A stretch of 51,429 nt of DNA from a virus (Duplodnaviria > Caudoviricetes), in IMG/VR virus record IMGVR_UViG_3300031772_000050, positions 1-51,429 of that record, one strand, 5' to 3'. Below are positions 1-9,417 of this stretch, piece after piece; positions within the stretch are counted from its first letter, which is position 1, and every line of letters starts with the position of its first letter. The position numbers and the translations under genes were made by a program. Below the pieces are notes generated by a model, which saw only the letters and a list, made by a program, of their open reading frames with translations, made no database searches and was not told the DNA's origin.

Positions 1-127
1 CGGAACTTGCGTCTGTATGAACTATCCCAAGTAGTCTGTACAATGTAGAACTGTATTTTTGGTAGCGCCATGGCACCTCTACCGCATTCTCACTTGAATC
101 TGACAAATCTGGCGCCTCTGTTGCCAA
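1..127. repeat. Exact terminal direct repeat (copy 1), circular assembly overlap
   Basis: Bases 1-127 are identical to 51303-51429. The repeat cuts through a gene that reads in frame across the junction, and 127 is a common assembler k-mer. Confidence 0.95.
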
Positions 128-571
128 ACCGTACCCTATAGACCCAGAATTGTTATAGGCATATACATATATGATCCCGCTTGCGGGACGACTATTGCCG
201 TCTATCCAATTCCCAGTAACTATGTCGATATTGGCACTATTAGCAGTAGTCACAAATAACTTACCACCAATATCTATTACACCTGGCGTAACGACAATAT
301 CTTCATTATCAGTACCCTGTTTTAAGGTCATACCACGTCTGTAGTGCTTAATAAGGGGGTAACTTGCGTCTGTGCCGTTATGGGTATGCCCAGTGGTTAA
401 AAAGGCAAGTTTACTCTCTTTAATGGCAGCAGAGGCATTGACGTTAGAGTCTGTAATACCGCCATTGACTACGGTAGTGATATCGTTCTGTAGGTTCTGT
501 ATATCCGCACCGCCTAATACAGTTCCATTATCACTTGCGCTCCAACTATGGGTCCAAGAAATATTTCCGAT
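1..571 (-). CDS. Tail fibre/spike paralog 1, 5' part (continues across the origin to 50881; about 330 aa), putative ATC start
   Basis: Hand translation gives (M)GNISWTHSWSASDNGTVLGGADIQNLQNDITTVVNGGIT..., clearly paralogous to MANITWSKSYSSADNGSILGGADIQNIQNDITTVVNGGIT at 50879. It is in frame with ORF 50881..51429 and absent from the ORF track. Confidence 0.8.
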   Translation of the reverse strand, partial: MGNISWTHSWSASDNGTVLGGADIQNLQNDITTVVNGGITDSNVNASAAIKESKLAFLTTGHTHNGTDASYPLIKHYRRGMTLKQGTDNEDIVVTPGVIDIGGKLFVTTANSANIDIVTGNWIDGNSRPASGIIYVYAYNNSGSIGYGLATEAPDLSDSSENAVEVPWRYQKYSSTLYRLLGIVHTDASS

Positions 572-585
572 GGTTTCCTACCCTC

Positions 586-837
586 CTATGTTACCAGGTC
601 AAATGCCTGGCTTGAATACCAACTACCACCATGATACTTATAAACCTTGAACGTCGCGCCAGTAATAACTCGGCGCGTCTCGCCTTCAAATCCTGGAGAA
701 CTTGCTGTAGGGGCTGAGGTATAAGACTTCTCCTCATACGCCCCTTCGTTAAGTATCTCCACCATCTCCTGAAGCATCTGAAGCAAGCGCGGGTCTGTAG
801 TCTGCTTGTTTAACTTTATGTCGCTGACGATGCTCAT
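586..837 (-). CDS. Small tail-module protein
   Basis: 83 aa, ATGA overlap with the nozzle gene, lies between nozzle and fibre genes. Confidence 0.6.
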   Translation of the reverse strand: MSIVSDIKLNKQTTDPRLLQMLQEMVEILNEGAYEEKSYTSAPTASSPGFEGETRRVITGATFKVYKYHGGSWYSSQAFDLVT

Positions 838-2615
838 TTTTCACCCTTCGTTATGGCTATCTGTGTCCCTACAAGATTATAGGAATAAAGAGTCCACGGA
901 TTGGTGGTCAGGCTGTCACTTATCTTAAACTGTATGTAGTTAGATTGGGTATCAAGCCCTATGGTCTTTTCTATTACTGGCTTTGCCGGTCCAAGAGTTC
1001 CTGTCCCAAGAGCAAGACCCCGCCTTGTAGTCCCGAGATAGTATTCCCCACTCGAATTGCCAAGAGGAACGGTTACCGCAGACGACCACGCACCCGTATA
1101 ATCCTCTCTATGACAGAAGTTTACCGTATCGTCGCTTATGGCCTTCATATTCACTATTACCTGCCTCTGTTCCTTTAAGATAGCAGAATTGTCTATAAAC
1201 ATTCTTGGTGTGGTATGGTAAGCAGATACAGTGGCAGTTGTTACAGCAGTAATACTTATTGTGCAACCAGACCCTGTTCCTCCCACTGTGGCTTGTCCAG
1301 TTCCAGTAGCATATCCTACACCACCAGTAACTTTAGTAACGGCAGTTACTATTCCGCTACTTGCAACTACTGAAACTGTACCTCCCATACCACTATCTCC
1401 AACAACCGTCAACACATCTCCTGTAGTATACCCAGTCCCGCCAGCGGTCGGGGCAGAAGCCACAGTGCTAATTGCACCCCAATCTGTATTTCCATAATTC
1501 CACCTGTAAGCGTAGCCATCATAGCCAGCCACAATAACCCATTTCCTACCATTAGAGTCAACGGCTGATGCGCTCGATTTCAATACTTGACCCGAGAAAG
1601 GCCAAACTGCCCCTGTGTAGTAGTTATAGGCAAGGGCATGAGTTATTGTACTTGTCCCACCATTCGGCACAAAGACCACATACCAATGATTAACTGAGTC
1701 CACTATAGCATGAGCATATACCAACCCGCCTTGATTAAGGGTATCCATAGCGATAGGGCAGATTTCATTACTTTCCTCAAAGGCGGCCGATACCGCATTA
1801 CAGTTAGAGCCATCAAACTGATATAGCTTACGGTCTGACCCTAAGAACATAAGGACTTCTTCGCCTGACTTTAGGATAACATTCTTCATCGTTAAGGGCG
1901 AGCGAGTCCCAGCCCATGCCCTTTGTTGCACAGCCCAATACGGTGAACCACCTCTATAGGTTGCTTGGTGTATAGACCATCGCTTTGAGGCGTAAAGCCG
2001 TCCTTCCAGTTCCATCCACCCTGTTAGTTCATCCCCATCATGGGTGTTGATAGGCCAAGTACCGCCACTATCAAAGTCGTCTATATCGGCTGACTCAGTA
2101 TAATAAAAGGTGTAGGGGTAGCCGGGCACTCCCGAAACAATGAAGTGGTCTTTATAGACCTTCGGGTGCTTACCGCGCCCCCCCACGTTAGAAGTATTAA
2201 GATTCGTAAGGGAAGTCCCTCCTGTCTGCATGGTCTTGATATAGTCCCCACCCCAATTACAGATAAAGAGGTTGCCCTGATAGTTTTCGCATTGTATCGT
2301 TTCGTCGCTCATGGTATCTTGGAGACTATCCCACGTACCGTCCATTTCGTCCATCTTATAGTAGGTAGTCCCAAAACTCCCTATCAGCGTTCCTTCCCAG
2401 TCAAAGAGACCATGACCATCCTTACTTCCTGCCCCTGCCTGTGTGGAATTAAGTTTTGTCCTGCCGTTTCGTTTATGGAGAGAACCGTCCAAGTCGGCAT
2501 AAACATCCATACAGTCAGGCGTATGCTTGATACTCATACCGTTAAGTTCTTTAACCTTGGTATTCAAACCTCCGCTAAAGTCTTGTATCCCGCTTACTCT
2601 ATCTGTCCTAAGCAT
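834..2615 (-). CDS. Podovirus tail nozzle/hub (P22 gp10 / tail tubular B-like beta-propeller)
   Basis: 593 aa with N-terminal DFSGGLN and GSLHKRNG motifs, propeller-like repeats and a C-terminal YIQFKIS, directly after the adaptor gene. Confidence 0.75.
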   Translation of the reverse strand: MLRTDRVSGIQDFSGGLNTKVKELNGMSIKHTPDCMDVYADLDGSLHKRNGRTKLNSTQAGAGSKDGHGLFDWEGTLIGSFGTTYYKMDEMDGTWDSLQDTMSDETIQCENYQGNLFICNWGGDYIKTMQTGGTSLTNLNTSNVGGRGKHPKVYKDHFIVSGVPGYPYTFYYTESADIDDFDSGGTWPINTHDGDELTGWMELEGRLYASKRWSIHQATYRGGSPYWAVQQRAWAGTRSPLTMKNVILKSGEEVLMFLGSDRKLYQFDGSNCNAVSAAFEESNEICPIAMDTLNQGGLVYAHAIVDSVNHWYVVFVPNGGTSTITHALAYNYYTGAVWPFSGQVLKSSASAVDSNGRKWVIVAGYDGYAYRWNYGNTDWGAISTVASAPTAGGTGYTTGDVLTVVGDSGMGGTVSVVASSGIVTAVTKVTGGVGYATGTGQATVGGTGSGCTISITAVTTATVSAYHTTPRMFIDNSAILKEQRQVIVNMKAISDDTVNFCHREDYTGAWSSAVTVPLGNSSGEYYLGTTRRGLALGTGTLGPAKPVIEKTIGLDTQSNYIQFKISDSLTTNPWTLYSYNLVGTQIAITKGEK

Positions 2616-3744
2616 AACGTCTATCCCTCAGAAATGCGCCGTGCTGGCCGTAAATTGCCCGGCCGTCTCTGCCTTTAAGACCCTGCATCTTACTCGTAGC
2701 GATATCACTCCACTTCTTAGCATCCTGGTTATTCGGGTCTAACCGGACCGCGGCAAGGTATATCATCAGGTGGTCAAACTTAGCCGGCCATCTCGATACC
2801 CTTGAAATCGTATAGGTATCGGTTGACGTACCGCTTGATATAGATGTTCCGAGATAGGCACTACTTAGCGCAATCGCGGTATTAGTAGTCGCACTTAAAA
2901 CCTTATACCACTGACTTGCCGAACCTACACCATCGGCATCAACACGAAGGTAATAGTCGTAAGTAGAGGTTGCTATATTCCCATCCCAATCAGATCCAGA
3001 ACCTGTAACGTCCACAGAACCATTTGTAATAGCCGAAATATACCCTGTCGTATACTCTGTCATAGGCACAAGGGCAGGAATATAGTTATAGTATATCGAA
3101 CGCGCACTTGTATCAGCAGGATTAAGATAAAGGTAAGGCGCCCCCGATACGTACTTAACCGCATACTCCCCTGGTGTGCCATAGGTATGACTCCAGTTTC
3201 TATCATACTCTCCACCGTCCATAGGGGTAAGAAAGGCTTTGGACCCACTACGCCAGTAATAAACCGCCTCGGGAATATCTTTATCGTCTATGACCATATG
3301 GTTAAAGTCGCTCGCTAAGGCATACCTGTCCTGAACAAGCCTATATGACGTGTTTGTAGCCACAATAGCTGTACCTACCCACGTTCGGTCTAAGGTAAGG
3401 GCTACAGCACTACTGTACGTAACGCGATAGACCTCATCATACCCTGCTACCTTTAAGAGCATGTTATTCGCTATGGCAGATGTCCAGTCGCAGTCACCAT
3501 CCCCAGTAACCGCGGTAGTACTTATAGCGGTAATATATCCTGTTCCATAGTCAGCTACCGTTGAGACATAACTTTCCGTACGGAGATAGTCCTCATGGAA
3601 CATAAGCATAAGGTCTTCTATGTAGGCTTCGTTAATGGCGCCTTTGTATTTATTCTCGGTAGCCGGATCTGTTGACTTATCACGGACAAGTTCATTCTGT
3701 GCGATCTCGAACATTTCAGAGAATGGTATACGACTTATATTCAT
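2608..3744 (-). CDS. Head-tail adaptor (tail tubular A-like) with two inserted beta domains
   Basis: 378 aa. Helical N-terminus (AINEAY), YALASDF, GTPGEY and LYLNP motifs, C-terminal PAKFDHLMIYLAA, and duplicated YxTGYIxAI..VTGxGxDW inserts. Confidence 0.65.
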   Translation of the reverse strand: MNISRIPFSEMFEIAQNELVRDKSTDPATENKYKGAINEAYIEDLMLMFHEDYLRTESYVSTVADYGTGYITAISTTAVTGDGDCDWTSAIANNMLLKVAGYDEVYRVTYSSAVALTLDRTWVGTAIVATNTSYRLVQDRYALASDFNHMVIDDKDIPEAVYYWRSGSKAFLTPMDGGEYDRNWSHTYGTPGEYAVKYVSGAPYLYLNPADTSARSIYYNYIPALVPMTEYTTGYISAITNGSVDVTGSGSDWDGNIATSTYDYYLRVDADGVGSASQWYKVLSATTNTAIALSSAYLGTSISSGTSTDTYTISRVSRWPAKFDHLMIYLAAVRLDPNNQDAKKWSDIATSKMQGLKGRDGRAIYGQHGAFLRDRRYA

Positions 3745-3753
3745 CTATCCTCC

Positions 3754-3834
3754 TTATTTTACTCTACCCTTCTTATGATGCTCCCCTTCTTCGTGTCTTT
3801 TGCCTCGTATTCTATAACCGCAGGAGCATTTCAT
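3754..3834 (-). CDS. 26-aa basic peptide MKCSCGYRIRGKRHEEGEHHKKGRVK (possible zinc binder)
   Basis: Read by hand. ATGA coupling with the upstream gene and fills the gap exactly. Confidence 0.45.
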   Translation of the reverse strand: MKCSCGYRIRGKRHEEGEHHKKGRVK

Positions 3835-4091
3835 TGTTTCCCGTTTATCACCTTATCAGGCATAGCATAGATTATCTTAGCGTTATCAAGTTTAGTCAAT
3901 ATCCTATCTATGCTCTTATCATGTACCTTTACAGTGGTAGTCAGACCACCCCAGAGGACTAAGAACGCACCTACCTGGATTAAAATAGCGAGGGCTATGG
4001 TAAACATGGTAGCCTTCATGCCTTTGGAGTTCTCCATAAACTCCTTAAACTTGCCGATGTTTTCTTTTTGTATGCAATCATGTGTCATCAC
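3831..4091 (-). CDS. Single-TM coiled-coil membrane protein (holin/XhlA-like)
   Basis: One hydrophobic helix (MFTIALAILIQVGAFLVLWGG) with charged flanks. Confidence 0.5.
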   Translation of the reverse strand: MMTHDCIQKENIGKFKEFMENSKGMKATMFTIALAILIQVGAFLVLWGGLTTTVKVHDKSIDRILTKLDNAKIIYAMPDKVINGKQ

Positions 4092-4099
4092 CTTCTCCT

Positions 4100-4273
4100 T
4101 TATTTATCCTCTACTATCGGCGCGGCCTGTTGCCTTTGTGCCTGTTGCGAGTTTCGGATTAACTGATTGGCGAAACTCATCAAATCATTTATGCGTCTAT
4201 GTTCCCACACGCCCCATAAAACCAGGATTACCAGCAATGCACCGCTTAATATAAGAAAAAAATCTCTTTTCAT
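4100..4273 (-). CDS. 57-aa single-TM protein
   Basis: Hand-read MKRDFFLILSGALLVILVLWGVWEHRR..., GGAG SD. Confidence 0.5.
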   Translation of the reverse strand: MKRDFFLILSGALLVILVLWGVWEHRRINDLMSFANQLIRNSQQAQRQQAAPIVEDK

Positions 4274-4379
4274 TTTACTCCCACCTTTCCCGCCTCTGAA
4301 ATGAGGCTGTCTATCTGGGCTATCTCCAGGTTAATCGAGGCATCACTGAACGCAATCTTTGCTTTCTCAAGTTCTGTCA

Positions 4380-4601
4380 TCACACTATCTCCTTTGCTTT
4401 AATACCTAATTTTTCACATTCCGCAATCAACCCTTCAACCTCTGCGAGTTCTATGTCCCTCTGGGCGTTATCCCTATCCTTCTGCTCTTGAATCGCCTTC
4501 TTCTGACTGATAAGAAACTCAATATCATAGGTGTTAGTTTTGGTTACTGTCTCGGTCTTGGTTACCTCAAGTCTACCTTCGTCTGTTTTTCTGGATTCCA
4601 T
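4380..4601 (-). CDS. Small coiled-coil protein following the fibre-like gene
   Basis: 73 aa with heptad pattern and AGGAG SD. Confidence 0.5.
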   Translation of the reverse strand: MESRKTDEGRLEVTKTETVTKTNTYDIEFLISQKKAIQEQKDRDNAQRDIELAEVEGLIAECEKLGIKAKEIV

Positions 4602-4609
4602 ATTTTCTC

Positions 4610-6412
4610 CTATTTTGTAGTTATTGCCCTGCTACCCAAAGTATCACATTGATAATGTATGCCTGCGGTTTCTATTAAACAATCCCCTAAAAATACATCT
4701 CCGTCTGGTGCTACTCTTGTAAGGGTAAACATAAACTGGTCGCCTATCTTGTAAGTCGTTCCTATGATAGCACCAAAGTCTGTTCTGTAAGCCCTGTATT
4801 GAGTATCTACAGAAGTATCAGCACTATCTATCGTAGTAACTGTCGTTAGGGTTACCCCATCTCTCATTACTACATAAGTCAATCTCCATTGAACTTTATC
4901 CGTTCCCGAAGGTGCGTCTATAATCTGGAAGTGAACGTGGAATACTAAATCTGTCCCCTCTTTGTAGTCGTGTTGTAATTCAAATCCGCCATGAACCTTT
5001 TCATCTACTGCAAAGGCATAGGTTTCTATTCCTGTGTCTGTGGGGGTTGATGTTCTAAAAGTATCAGTTCCTGGATAATTAGCGGTTGGTTTTCCTAAAA
5101 GGTATCCTGATATGTTTATGTCGTTATAGACGGAAACCTCAAGAACAAGTGTTTTTGCTGTTCCGCAATCTATTGTCAGGTCAGAAGCGGCAACTAAATC
5201 AGTATGGATATATCCATTAGTCCCGTCATAAATCATATCCATATCTGACCCTGCCCCCAGCAGTAATTTATATGTATCAGATAATATACCAAAACTATCA
5301 CTTCTTATTTTCAAAAGATTAGTTGAATACTCTACTGCTCCTGCTTCTATTGCTGTTAAATCTGTTCCCGCTGTAAACTTTAACGGTGCTGTGTTTGCGG
5401 TGGCTGTGCCTGTTCCCAGATGAAGATAAGCTGTTGGAGAGGTTACCCCGATGCCAACATGGAAGTCCGCCAATATTTTACTGTTGATTATAATACCCGT
5501 TACCCCTGCGTCAGAACCCCATTGGAACCTCATCAATTCATTTGATTCTGTAGTTGAGTTTCCATAGGTATTGATAGCATACATCCATTTATGCACACCT
5601 ATTGGTGAGATTGTTCCCTTCTCAGGGGCATTGCATTGAAGCAACCCCATATATTGTGTTCCTGCCGTTGCCTCTGTTTTCCATCCCTGAGAAGCCCAAG
5701 ATATCGGTGGTGAATACTGGTCTACGGTGGAAGTGGCGGCTGTCGAATTTAAAAGAAGTAAAACATTAGGGGCTTTATGGGGGTCTTCGGCGTTAGCAAG
5801 TCCCAATATTACAAATCCATTGGAAGTATCAAGATAAAATGGATGAAAAGTCCAAGAACCTGCTCCGAACTTATAGGAGTATCTAAAAGTTAAATTATCA
5901 GCACTTCCGCTTGGAGCCATAGCTTGTGCCCATTGATATTGTTGGTTAGTTGCTCCTTTGCCTTGTGAAGAGAGAATTAAACCAGGGGTTTGTCTAAAAG
6001 TAGTCGTGCCGTCTGCGGCGGTGGGATTTCTTAATAACATCCCAATTCCAGCAAAAGTTCCTGTCGGAGTGCCGTCTGAAAACTCCCAGGTATTATCTGG
6101 GTCGGCTGTGCCAAAACCTATTTTATCGGTATACCCTGCTACATTGACGGCAAGAGTGGGAGTGTCCACAATGAGAGAACCAAGCGTCCCGAGGCCCGTG
6201 GTGGTAAAGTTCCACGCCCCTATGTTTATATTCTGATTGGCGTTGGAGCCGTCGAGTTTGAGGTAGAGGGCATCTGCAGAAGTCTGATTTATACCTTGAT
6301 TATCGAGTTCTCCAGAAAAAGGGTTAAATGTCCAATCGTCCGCATAGACATTAGTAGCTAATAACAATCCTACAATAAGACCTAAAATCTTCTTCAATAT
6401 TCTGTACCCCAT
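4610..6412 (-). CDS. Large fibre-like beta protein with signal-peptide-like N-terminus
   Basis: 600 aa, Gly/Thr rich, with KIGFGTADP and VGIGVTSPTAYLHL trimeric-fibre motifs. N-terminus KKILGLIVGLLLATNVYA-DD. True start may be the TTG a few codons in. Confidence 0.6.
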   Translation of the reverse strand: MGYRILKKILGLIVGLLLATNVYADDWTFNPFSGELDNQGINQTSADALYLKLDGSNANQNINIGAWNFTTTGLGTLGSLIVDTPTLAVNVAGYTDKIGFGTADPDNTWEFSDGTPTGTFAGIGMLLRNPTAADGTTTFRQTPGLILSSQGKGATNQQYQWAQAMAPSGSADNLTFRYSYKFGAGSWTFHPFYLDTSNGFVILGLANAEDPHKAPNVLLLLNSTAATSTVDQYSPPISWASQGWKTEATAGTQYMGLLQCNAPEKGTISPIGVHKWMYAINTYGNSTTESNELMRFQWGSDAGVTGIIINSKILADFHVGIGVTSPTAYLHLGTGTATANTAPLKFTAGTDLTAIEAGAVEYSTNLLKIRSDSFGILSDTYKLLLGAGSDMDMIYDGTNGYIHTDLVAASDLTIDCGTAKTLVLEVSVYNDINISGYLLGKPTANYPGTDTFRTSTPTDTGIETYAFAVDEKVHGGFELQHDYKEGTDLVFHVHFQIIDAPSGTDKVQWRLTYVVMRDGVTLTTVTTIDSADTSVDTQYRAYRTDFGAIIGTTYKIGDQFMFTLTRVAPDGDVFLGDCLIETAGIHYQCDTLGSRAITTK

Positions 6413-6945
6413 GATTGATATACGTTTGTCGTTGCGCGGTTAGTCCAACCAGTCGAATATTCACTTGTTCCACCTTCATACGCAAACACATCTGCCCCTG
6501 CACTTACTGTCCACTTCATTATGTACCAAGAACCATCCGCCGCCTCAAATCCATAGTAATTGGGTGAGGCATCGTCGTCTTTATTACATATTATATACTT
6601 CTTGCTATGGATAACAGTCGACAGACCATAATCTCCCCCAACCTTATCGACTTCGGCCTTATAGCCTGTCGTCGTCCTATCCCTAATTACAACCTCTTGA
6701 GCAAAGGCAGACGGACAAAAAATCAAGACAATCATAGCAAGCCCTATAATCCAGTTCAAGAGTTCGAGTTGAGCCTTTAACTTTATTATATCGTCCGACC
6801 GTTCCTGTCTCTCGGCTTCAAGATACTTATCATACAGTTCCTGTTTCTTCAGAAATAGTTCCTTTGAGGTTCGGCGTTGCTCATTTATAGTCTTTATTTT
6901 CTCCTGCTTAGTCCTCCACCATTTATATTTAAGCAACCACTTCAT
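6394..6945 (-). CDS. Hypothetical virion-module protein
   Basis: 183 aa with a hydrophobic segment ending SAFA, YYGF..ADGSWYIMK and WTNRAT motifs. Confidence 0.55.
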   Translation of the reverse strand: MKWLLKYKWWRTKQEKIKTINEQRRTSKELFLKKQELYDKYLEAERQERSDDIIKLKAQLELLNWIIGLAMIVLIFCPSAFAQEVVIRDRTTTGYKAEVDKVGGDYGLSTVIHSKKYIICNKDDDASPNYYGFEAADGSWYIMKWTVSAGADVFAYEGGTSEYSTGWTNRATTNVYQSWGTEY

Positions 6946-7262
6946 CTGTTTGCCTCCTCTACTTTAAGACATACCGTTATCGCTTCGTCAACCGTTACTC
7001 CTGTAAATTGCAAGGTATATATTCCGTCAACAGGCAATGACTCTGTATCATTCCGTAATCCTGTTTCTGATACATACTTTCTGACCGTCCTATTACCCTT
7101 GTCTATAATACTCAAACTCCATTCTGTCGTAGAGGTAGTAGGATTTATATGTATCAACCTTACCATGCCCTTCATTCTGGTCGTATTCACGGATACTGCA
7201 CCAGACGAAGGGGTAATAGAAGAAGATAAGCCATTACCATTCTCTACTGTCTGAAAGAGCAT
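6942..7262 (-). CDS. Small beta-sandwich protein
   Basis: 106 aa, beta-rich, GAGG SD. Confidence 0.55.
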   Translation of the reverse strand: MLFQTVENGNGLSSSITPSSGAVSVNTTRMKGMVRLIHINPTTSTTEWSLSIIDKGNRTVRKYVSETGLRNDTESLPVDGIYTLQFTGVTVDEAITVCLKVEEANR

Positions 7263-7263
7263 G

Positions 7264-7626
7264 TTACCTCTCTTCTTTACCTATGAGCCACATATTAAGA
7301 GTAGCTATGGCTGTCGTTTCATTCCAACTAAGATATAGGTATTTATGTATACCTACTACCTCGTACAATGCAGTAGTCGAAGCTGCCCCATACCCTATAG
7401 CCCCATCTGCATCTACATCGCCTGTAAGAACGGGTTTAATACCCAATAGGTATTTGGTAAGAGCCTTATCGTCAACCGCCCCATAGAAGGTAAGCGTACC
7501 GGCGGAGTCCACCCCATCATATACATAGTCCACAAGAAGAAGGACTTTATCGTATTGACCTACCTCGATTACCTTAGTTGTATCAGCTACAGCCGTATCT
7601 ATGATTTTTTGTATGATAGTCTTCAT
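7264..7626 (-). CDS. Small beta-sandwich protein, paralog A
   Basis: Colinear with 7629..7985 (MKTxxQxIID, VDYV, GTxTFY, DDK, TGxxDADGA, HKYLYxxWxET). Confidence 0.7.
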   Translation of the reverse strand: MKTIIQKIIDTAVADTTKVIEVGQYDKVLLLVDYVYDGVDSAGTLTFYGAVDDKALTKYLLGIKPVLTGDVDADGAIGYGAASTTALYEVVGIHKYLYLSWNETTAIATLNMWLIGKEER

Positions 7627-7628
7627 GG

Positions 7629-7985
7629 CTACCTCTTTTCCTTCCCAAGCAACCAGACTGATATGGTTGCTCCTGCCGCAGTCTCAGACCAGTCTATATA
7701 AAGGTATTTATGCACGTTCTTTATCTCGTAGGCCACGGTCGTTGATGTCGTATAGGCCACCGCTCCATCCGCGTCTATAGTACCCGTTATAACGGGAGCT
7801 ATGCCACAAGCACACTTTACAAGTCCCTTATCATCCAGACTTGAATAGAAGGTGATCGTTCCCTCAGCGCTCGCAGCCCTAACGTAGTCTACCACTACCA
7901 TCAGGCTATCATACCTGCTTACGTCCACTATCTTGGCTACAGAATCAACAGATTTGTCTATAATAAGTTGCATCACTGTTTTCAT
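7629..7985 (-). CDS. Small beta-sandwich protein, paralog B
   Basis: Tandem paralog of 7264..7626, AAGGAG SD. Confidence 0.7.
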   Translation of the reverse strand: MKTVMQLIIDKSVDSVAKIVDVSRYDSLMVVVDYVRAASAEGTITFYSSLDDKGLVKCACGIAPVITGTIDADGAVAYTTSTTVAYEIKNVHKYLYIDWSETAAGATISVWLLGKEKR

Positions 7986-7994
7986 CGTTTCTCC

Positions 7995-8555
7995 TTATCC
8001 TTTAGGTCGGTACTTCTCTATACTCCCAATTCTGGGATTATCGGGTTCAAGTACCCTCATTATATTCTTGAACTCCCGCACTTTTTCGTCGTTTTTCTTC
8101 TGCCATGCCCTATTACGTTGAATGAATTTGCCTGATTCCATCTTATCCTTATCCGCTACTACTGCCAATACAGGTTTACCGTTCCTGATTATCTGACGTT
8201 GACTGACCGGATGTAGTTCCTTCTGCGATAGCATTCCTACTGTAAACTCGTCTTTAAGCACCTTAGCACGCTTCCAGAGAGTATTTCGTGCTGCCGGAGA
8301 TAGAGTGGGGGGCAGGCCGCGCTCATAGTCCTTCTTATACTGTTTCATCGACTTCCGTAAATCCCCGATATCCTGAATGTAGTCTAACGGCCTATTATCT
8401 CCGCCCCCCATTAGGTTTGGCGTTCTCTCCCCATTAAGTACCCTTTCCCGATTCTTATACTGCTTCTTTAGTTCGGCAAGCTCTGACGGCTTCCATACTT
8501 CCTTCTTTGCGTCTACCTTCTCGGCATTACCTAAAGTCAAAATTTGTATGCTCAT
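7995..8555 (-). CDS. Hypothetical basic helical protein
   Basis: 186 aa, translationally coupled to the upstream gene. Confidence 0.6.
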   Translation of the reverse strand: MSIQILTLGNAEKVDAKKEVWKPSELAELKKQYKNRERVLNGERTPNLMGGGDNRPLDYIQDIGDLRKSMKQYKKDYERGLPPTLSPAARNTLWKRAKVLKDEFTVGMLSQKELHPVSQRQIIRNGKPVLAVVADKDKMESGKFIQRNRAWQKKNDEKVREFKNIMRVLEPDNPRIGSIEKYRPKG

Positions 8556-8854
8556 CTTAGCAACCCTATCTGCCCGCCTATAAGGGCAGGATTCTTATGA
8601 ACTGCATTGTGTTCCTCTGGGATTTTCCCAGGGTGGTCTGCACCATACAGAACCGTCATACCGCAATACTTACACTGGTATTTATAGACGTTCGGCTGGA
8701 CACGCTCTATAAACCTCATCTTAGGCGGAAGTGCGTCTGGGAAGGGGCGGTGTGAGGGACAACCCATCTCAGGGTGGTCCCACGGACACCGAAGGTTCTC
8801 AGACCACATCTTCTTTTTATCGCCCGATGTACCGCTTGACCAAATCCAGGGCAT
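8552..8854 (-). CDS. Zinc-ribbon-like hypothetical protein
   Basis: CP..C and CKYC cysteine pairs. Confidence 0.55.
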   Translation of the reverse strand: MPWIWSSGTSGDKKKMWSENLRCPWDHPEMGCPSHRPFPDALPPKMRFIERVQPNVYKYQCKYCGMTVLYGADHPGKIPEEHNAVHKNPALIGGQIGLLR

Positions 8855-8944
8855 TACCCGGCATCTCCATTAACACATGGTGGTACTTCTTGTTTCTTTA
8901 CTTCCGGCTTCTTTATTTCCTTCTTAATTTCTTTCTTTGCCATA

Positions 8945-9244
8945 CTATCCTCCTTTTACATTTGGATAACCCTTCTTATAAAGAGTATATCCTTTTTCCT
9001 TTCCCAACTTGTTAATATTTTTTTCTAAATCAACACCCATCTCTTTCTTAATCTGAACAGCATCCTCCGTCTTTAGAGAATACCTGTTCCTCCTTTCTGC
9101 ATATTTTATCCTATCATGTTCCTCGACATCTGTTTCAGGAGGCCACCCCTCACTCTGTAAGTTCTTAGCAAAGTCGGTAACGGTCTTTCCTTTGAGTCGA
9201 GTTCTGTTATGCACTTCGTCTTTAACAATTATCTGCATAATCAA
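8945..9244 (-). CDS. Hypothetical protein
   Basis: 99 aa in a tightly packed operon. Confidence 0.55.
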   Translation of the reverse strand: MIMQIIVKDEVHNRTRLKGKTVTDFAKNLQSEGWPPETDVEEHDRIKYAERRNRYSLKTEDAVQIKKEMGVDLEKNINKLGKEKGYTLYKKGYPNVKGG

Positions 9245-9417
9245 CTCTTTACGATTGAATATGCGAAGTCTGCACCTACAGAGTCCTTTTTAATAGTCAT
9301 CTCTGCGATACTACATCCCTCAGCAACGGCACCCGTTTTTATGATATTCTTAACCTTATCAGTAGTATCCTCAGCAGTATCAATAACTACTATTATCTTA
9401 ATCAAGCCTCTTTTCAT
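9241..9417 (-). CDS. Hypothetical 58-aa protein
   Basis: Hand-read MKRGLIKIIVVIDTAED..., GGAGG SD, ATGA coupling. Confidence 0.55.
   Translation of the reverse strand: MKRGLIKIIVVIDTAEDTTDKVKNIIKTGAVAEGCSIAEMTIKKDSVGADFAYSIVKS

Noticed and set aside
1-127. Biological terminal repeat
   Set aside because: The length equals a common assembly k-mer and it falls mid-gene, so it is best explained as a circular assembly overlap.
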